This document shows, one piece after another, positions 60,533 through 64,000 of a DNA stretch of 64,000 nt (position 1 is the stretch's first letter; every line of letters starts with the position of its first letter). The notes beneath the pieces are model-generated. The model ran no database searches. It was not told the DNA's origin and saw nothing but the letters and a program-made list of their open reading frames with translations. This DNA comes from Sumerlaeia bacterium (GTDB lineage Bacteria > Sumerlaeota > Sumerlaeia > SLMS01 > JAHLLQ01): the NCBI GenBank assembly GCA_040219255.1, contig JAVJSW010000060.1, positions 256,001-320,000 of the forward strand, read 5' to 3'. A program made the position numbers and the translations under genes.

Positions 60533-60608
60533 TTGGCCGCAGATCAATCTGATGAATGGAGATGGTCAGGCGAAAAAATCCTATTTATCCCATTCATCGG
60601 CGGCAAAA
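60533..60608. repeat. Degenerate periodic inverted repeat (family locus 7)
   Basis: TTGGCCGCAGATCAATCTGATGAATGGAGAT and ATTTATCCCATTCATCGGCGGCAAAA. Confidence 0.55.
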
Positions 60609-60670
60609 ATATCTCTGTGGAAGCTTCAACATCTGAATTTTCTGCGGCTAATTCTTCGAAAGGCCCAATC

Positions 60671-62071
60671 ATGACGCATGAAGCCCCCCATCACACGCAG
60701 TCTTGCGAATGCGAGGAATCGGTCGAGACTCATCGCGACGCGGCGTTCGGCCGACGGGCGTTCCTGCGGCGGTCTATCGGGTCGCTGGCGGCGTTGTCGC
60801 TGGGCGGGACGTTGGCGGGTTGGCTGACCGATGGCGGGGCCAGCGGCGTGTCGGCGCTCTATGCGCGCACGGCGGAGTCGACGGGGCCCGTGCCGCTGCC
60901 GCAGGACGCGCCGGTGAAGTCGATCGTCTTGCTGTGGATGGATGGGGGTCCGAGTCAGATGGAGACCTTCGATCCGAAACCTGGCCACCGCAACGGCGGG
61001 CCATCGGGGGCCATCGCCACGGCGATTCCGGGAGTGAAAATCAGCGCCAACATGCCGCGTACGGCCGAGGTGCTGGATCGCTTCACCGTGATTCGCGCCA
61101 TGTCCACGCGCGAGGGCAACCACCAACGCGCCCGCGATCTGATGCACACGGGCTTCGTGGCCAACCCGACGGTGGCCTATCCGGGGCTGGGCTCCATCGT
61201 GGCGTTCGAGAAGGGGGACTTCGAGGCGCCGCTGCCGCAGAACATTGCCCTGAACGCGCCGGGGCACCGAGCGGGGATTCTGGGGCTGGATTTCGATCCG
61301 TTCTCCGTTCGGAATATGAAAAGGCCGGTCGATAACCTGTACCCGTCGCACAAGGGCATGACGGACGAGCGCATCGACCGCCGACTCGAGTTCCTGAAGG
61401 CGCAGCAGGAAAGTTTCCAGGCGCGGCTCGGCGGCAATTCCACCCACATCGCCGACAGCCATTCAGCCATCGTGGAAAGCGCCGTGCGCTTCATGCGGGC
61501 GGAGGAAGCGGCGGCGTTTTCGTTGGACGACGAATCGGAAACGGTGAAGGCGGCCTATGGGGATTCGGATTTCGGGCGCGGCTGCCTGATGGCGCGGCGG
61601 CTGGTCGAGCAAGGCGTGCCCTTTGTGGAGGTAACGCTGAGCGGCTGGGACACGCACCAGGATAACTTCACGCGGGCGGGCGAGCTATGCGGCGAGATGG
61701 ACCCCGCGGTGGCGGCACTAATCCGCGATCTGGAGGAGCGCGACCTGATGGATTCGACGCTGGTGGTCTGGATGGGAGAGTTCGGCCGGACGCCAAAGAT
61801 CAACCCCAATGAAGGCCGCGATCATTATCCTAAGGCTTGGAGCGTGGCCATGGCGGGCGCCGGCGTGAAGCGCGGCGTGGTGCTGGGCGAGACCTCGGCG
61901 GATGGCACGGAGGTGGTGGGCTCGGCGGTGGAGACGGCGGACCTGTTCCGGACGATTCTGTGGTTGGCAGGGATCGATCCGGATTATCAGTACTATTCGC
62001 CGAAAGGTCGGCCCCTGACCTATGCCGATGGGGGACGGATCCTTCGGGGGGCGGTGAGCCTGCACGTCTAA
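60671..62071 (+). CDS. DUF1501 domain protein with Tat-like signal
   Basis: GRRAFL, LWMDGGPSQMETFDPKP, ARRLVEQGV, GWDTH, GEFGRTP, GRDH. Confidence 0.94.
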   Translation: MTHEAPHHTQSCECEESVETHRDAAFGRRAFLRRSIGSLAALSLGGTLAGWLTDGGASGVSALYARTAESTGPVPLPQDAPVKSIVLLWMDGGPSQMETFDPKPGHRNGGPSGAIATAIPGVKISANMPRTAEVLDRFTVIRAMSTREGNHQRARDLMHTGFVANPTVAYPGLGSIVAFEKGDFEAPLPQNIALNAPGHRAGILGLDFDPFSVRNMKRPVDNLYPSHKGMTDERIDRRLEFLKAQQESFQARLGGNSTHIADSHSAIVESAVRFMRAEEAAAFSLDDESETVKAAYGDSDFGRGCLMARRLVEQGVPFVEVTLSGWDTHQDNFTRAGELCGEMDPAVAALIRDLEERDLMDSTLVVWMGEFGRTPKINPNEGRDHYPKAWSVAMAGAGVKRGVVLGETSADGTEVVGSAVETADLFRTILWLAGIDPDYQYYSPKGRPLTYADGGRILRGAVSLHV

Positions 62072-62213
62072 CTGAAACGATCTCAGACACTTGTTTCCTT
62101 TCCAGTGCGATCTGGCGAGGTGGCAAGCATCTTTCTTCGACTCCTTGTCGTGTGGGTGTGGCTCGCAACGCCGTGCCCCGCGACAGAACGCATCCTCTCC
62201 AAGGAGTCGAAAT

Positions 62214-64000
62214 ATGAATCGCCGAATTGTTCTACCAATAAGCTGCGTGCTGGCGCTGGGGGCTTCCGTGCCTCTGGCCGCACAGAGCGCCGATCAGCAG
62301 AACCGATCAACGCCAACTCAACAAATGACCACCCGCCAATCCGCCGAGACGAAAGGCGTTGTGGAAATCATCACGGCGTCGCCGGATCACAAAATCCTGG
62401 CGGAGTTCCTGAAAAAAGCCGAGCTGGTTGAGAGACTCGAAGGCAAGAGTTCCTACACGGTGTTCGCGCCGACGGACGAAGCCTTCGAAAAGCTGGACCA
62501 GGAAACCAGGGAACGGCTGCGCAACGATGAAAATGAGTTGCTGCGAGTGATCAGCTTCCATGTCGTGCCGAAGCAAATCGGTTCTCAAGAAAACCGCACC
62601 GGGACGACGATTCGCGCCGAAGGTCCGCAAGTGTACGACACCCTGTCGGGGCGAAAAATCGTTGTTGGACCGAACGGCCGCATTTCGGGGACGATGCCGG
62701 AGGACACGATCCAGGCCCAGGACGGCGTGATCTACGTGTTCGATCGGGTGTTGATGCCGCCAGAGATGACGCGCGAGGAAGCGCGCCAGTTCGCCGCCGA
62801 ATCGGTGAAGCGCAGTTCCGTTCAGGGCGGCGGCGTCGCCGTGAACCTGACCGATGAACAACTCGAACGGCTGCGCGAGGCGCGGGAAACCCGCCGCGAG
62901 AAGCGGCAGGACGAGGAGATTCGTCCCTATGGCCGCACCGGAGACGAGCGCGAAGAGCTGCGCGAGGAGCGCGAGGACTACCGTGAAGAGCTTCGCGAAG
63001 ACGGTCCGGGCTCGGAGGACGTCCGGGATGCGCGGCGCGATCTGATCGAGGAACGGCGGGATTCCGCCCAGGCCCGCCAAGCGGTGCCCGGTCGCGGGGT
63101 TGACCTGGACAAGAACGTCCGCACCGATTCAGCGGAAACGACCGGCCGGCAGGATGGCAACGCGCCGCAGGGCGCTCCCGGCGATGGCTACCCGAACTGG
63201 GGCCACGACCTGGAGGGAGAGGAGCGTCCGGTGGACGTCGAAGGTGAGAACCTGACGGAAGAAGAACTCGAGGAGCGGCGCGAAGCGAAGCTGGAGCGCC
63301 GAGAGCAGCGCCGGGAAAATCAGCGCGAACAGGAATGGAAAGAAGCCTCGGCGGAAATCCAACGCCGGAGCGCCTCGCGAACCGGCGCCAACGTCGAGAG
63401 CGACGAATACATCGAGGAAATGCAGGACGCCCGCCAACGCAACGCCGTGCTGGAATTCTTCGACGATCCACCCACGGAAGAACTGGAAGATCTGCGTGAA
63501 GCCGAGCGGGAGTTGCGCGAGGCCATCGAGGGCGGAGCGGACGCCGACGAAATTCGCGATCTGCGCGAAGAAGTCGCGGAGGCCAAACGCGACTATCGCG
63601 AGGCCGCAGAACTGGGCGGTGCCGTCGTCACGGCCCCCGACATCCCCGGCCTGATGGTGGACGCCCAGGGCCAGGACGTCCGCAAAGGCAACACGATCAC
63701 CTACAAGTTGAGCAATATGAGCGAGTTGAGCACGCTCAACGATCTCGTCAAGGAAGTCAACTTGCAGGTGGGTCTGTCCGACGCCGGGCCCTACACGCTG
63801 TTCGCGCCGACGAACGAAGCCTTCGAGGCGATCGACGAGCGGACCCTCGAGGAATACAGGAACAATCCCGAGCAGTTGAAGAACCTGCTTCTGAACCACG
63901 TCGCCAAGGGCGAGATCATGGCGCAGGACCTGAAAGATCGCTCCATGGTCCGCACCGTCGTGGGCGAGCCGGTGATTATCAGCGACTTCCAGGGCAAGAC
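62214..64000 (+). CDS. Secreted fasciclin (FAS1) domain protein; 3' end runs off the window
   Basis: Manual translation from ATG 62214 (AAGGAG RBS): signal peptide, YTVFAPTDEAF...GVIYVFDRVLMP, long charged linker, then GPYTLFAPTNEAF...LLNHV. Confidence 0.88.
   Translation, partial: MNRRIVLPISCVLALGASVPLAAQSADQQNRSTPTQQMTTRQSAETKGVVEIITASPDHKILAEFLKKAELVERLEGKSSYTVFAPTDEAFEKLDQETRERLRNDENELLRVISFHVVPKQIGSQENRTGTTIRAEGPQVYDTLSGRKIVVGPNGRISGTMPEDTIQAQDGVIYVFDRVLMPPEMTREEARQFAAESVKRSSVQGGGVAVNLTDEQLERLREARETRREKRQDEEIRPYGRTGDEREELREEREDYREELREDGPGSEDVRDARRDLIEERRDSAQARQAVPGRGVDLDKNVRTDSAETTGRQDGNAPQGAPGDGYPNWGHDLEGEERPVDVEGENLTEEELEERREAKLERREQRRENQREQEWKEASAEIQRRSASRTGANVESDEYIEEMQDARQRNAVLEFFDDPPTEELEDLREAERELREAIEGGADADEIRDLREEVAEAKRDYREAAELGGAVVTAPDIPGLMVDAQGQDVRKGNTITYKLSNMSELSTLNDLVKEVNLQVGLSDAGPYTLFAPTNEAFEAIDERTLEEYRNNPEQLKNLLLNHVAKGEIMAQDLKDRSMVRTVVGEPVIISDFQGK

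Noticed and set aside
62307-63997. Minus-strand ORFs at the window end
   Set aside because: Shadows of the open-ended plus-strand fasciclin gene.

Overview
GC-rich bacterial chromosomal segment, roughly two-thirds GC by eye, with about 56 plausible CDS. I found no rRNA, tRNA, CRISPR array or intact mobile element. The gene content (DUF1549/1553 plus DUF1501, dockerin, BatA/DUF58/MoxR, many pseudopilins, short Trp-containing C-terminal tails) suggests a PVC-like or Sumerlaeota (BRC1)-like lineage; this is inference only. Housekeeping genes include surE, ligA, cysH, a family-4 UDG, trmL, an aldehyde dehydrogenase, chaB and a moaD-like gene. Main points of interest: (1) a nine-gene pseudopilin cluster (H-, I-, J- and K-like genes plus five tandem enlarged GspG-like paralogues) with a separate canonical gspG 18 kb away; (2) three unrelated secreted proteins ending in a short shared tail (GWMLY, GWSVR, IWMMVD), a candidate lineage-specific sorting signal; (3) a dispersed intergenic inverted-repeat family with about 9-nt periodicity at seven loci; (4) a dockerin/repeat protein paired with a Gly-rich protein; (5) an ArsR-controlled persulfide-handling operon and a twin palindromic operator upstream of cysH; (6) a small lower-GC islet. 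All calls come from motif recognition without database searches, and several start codons were re-chosen from the ORF track.
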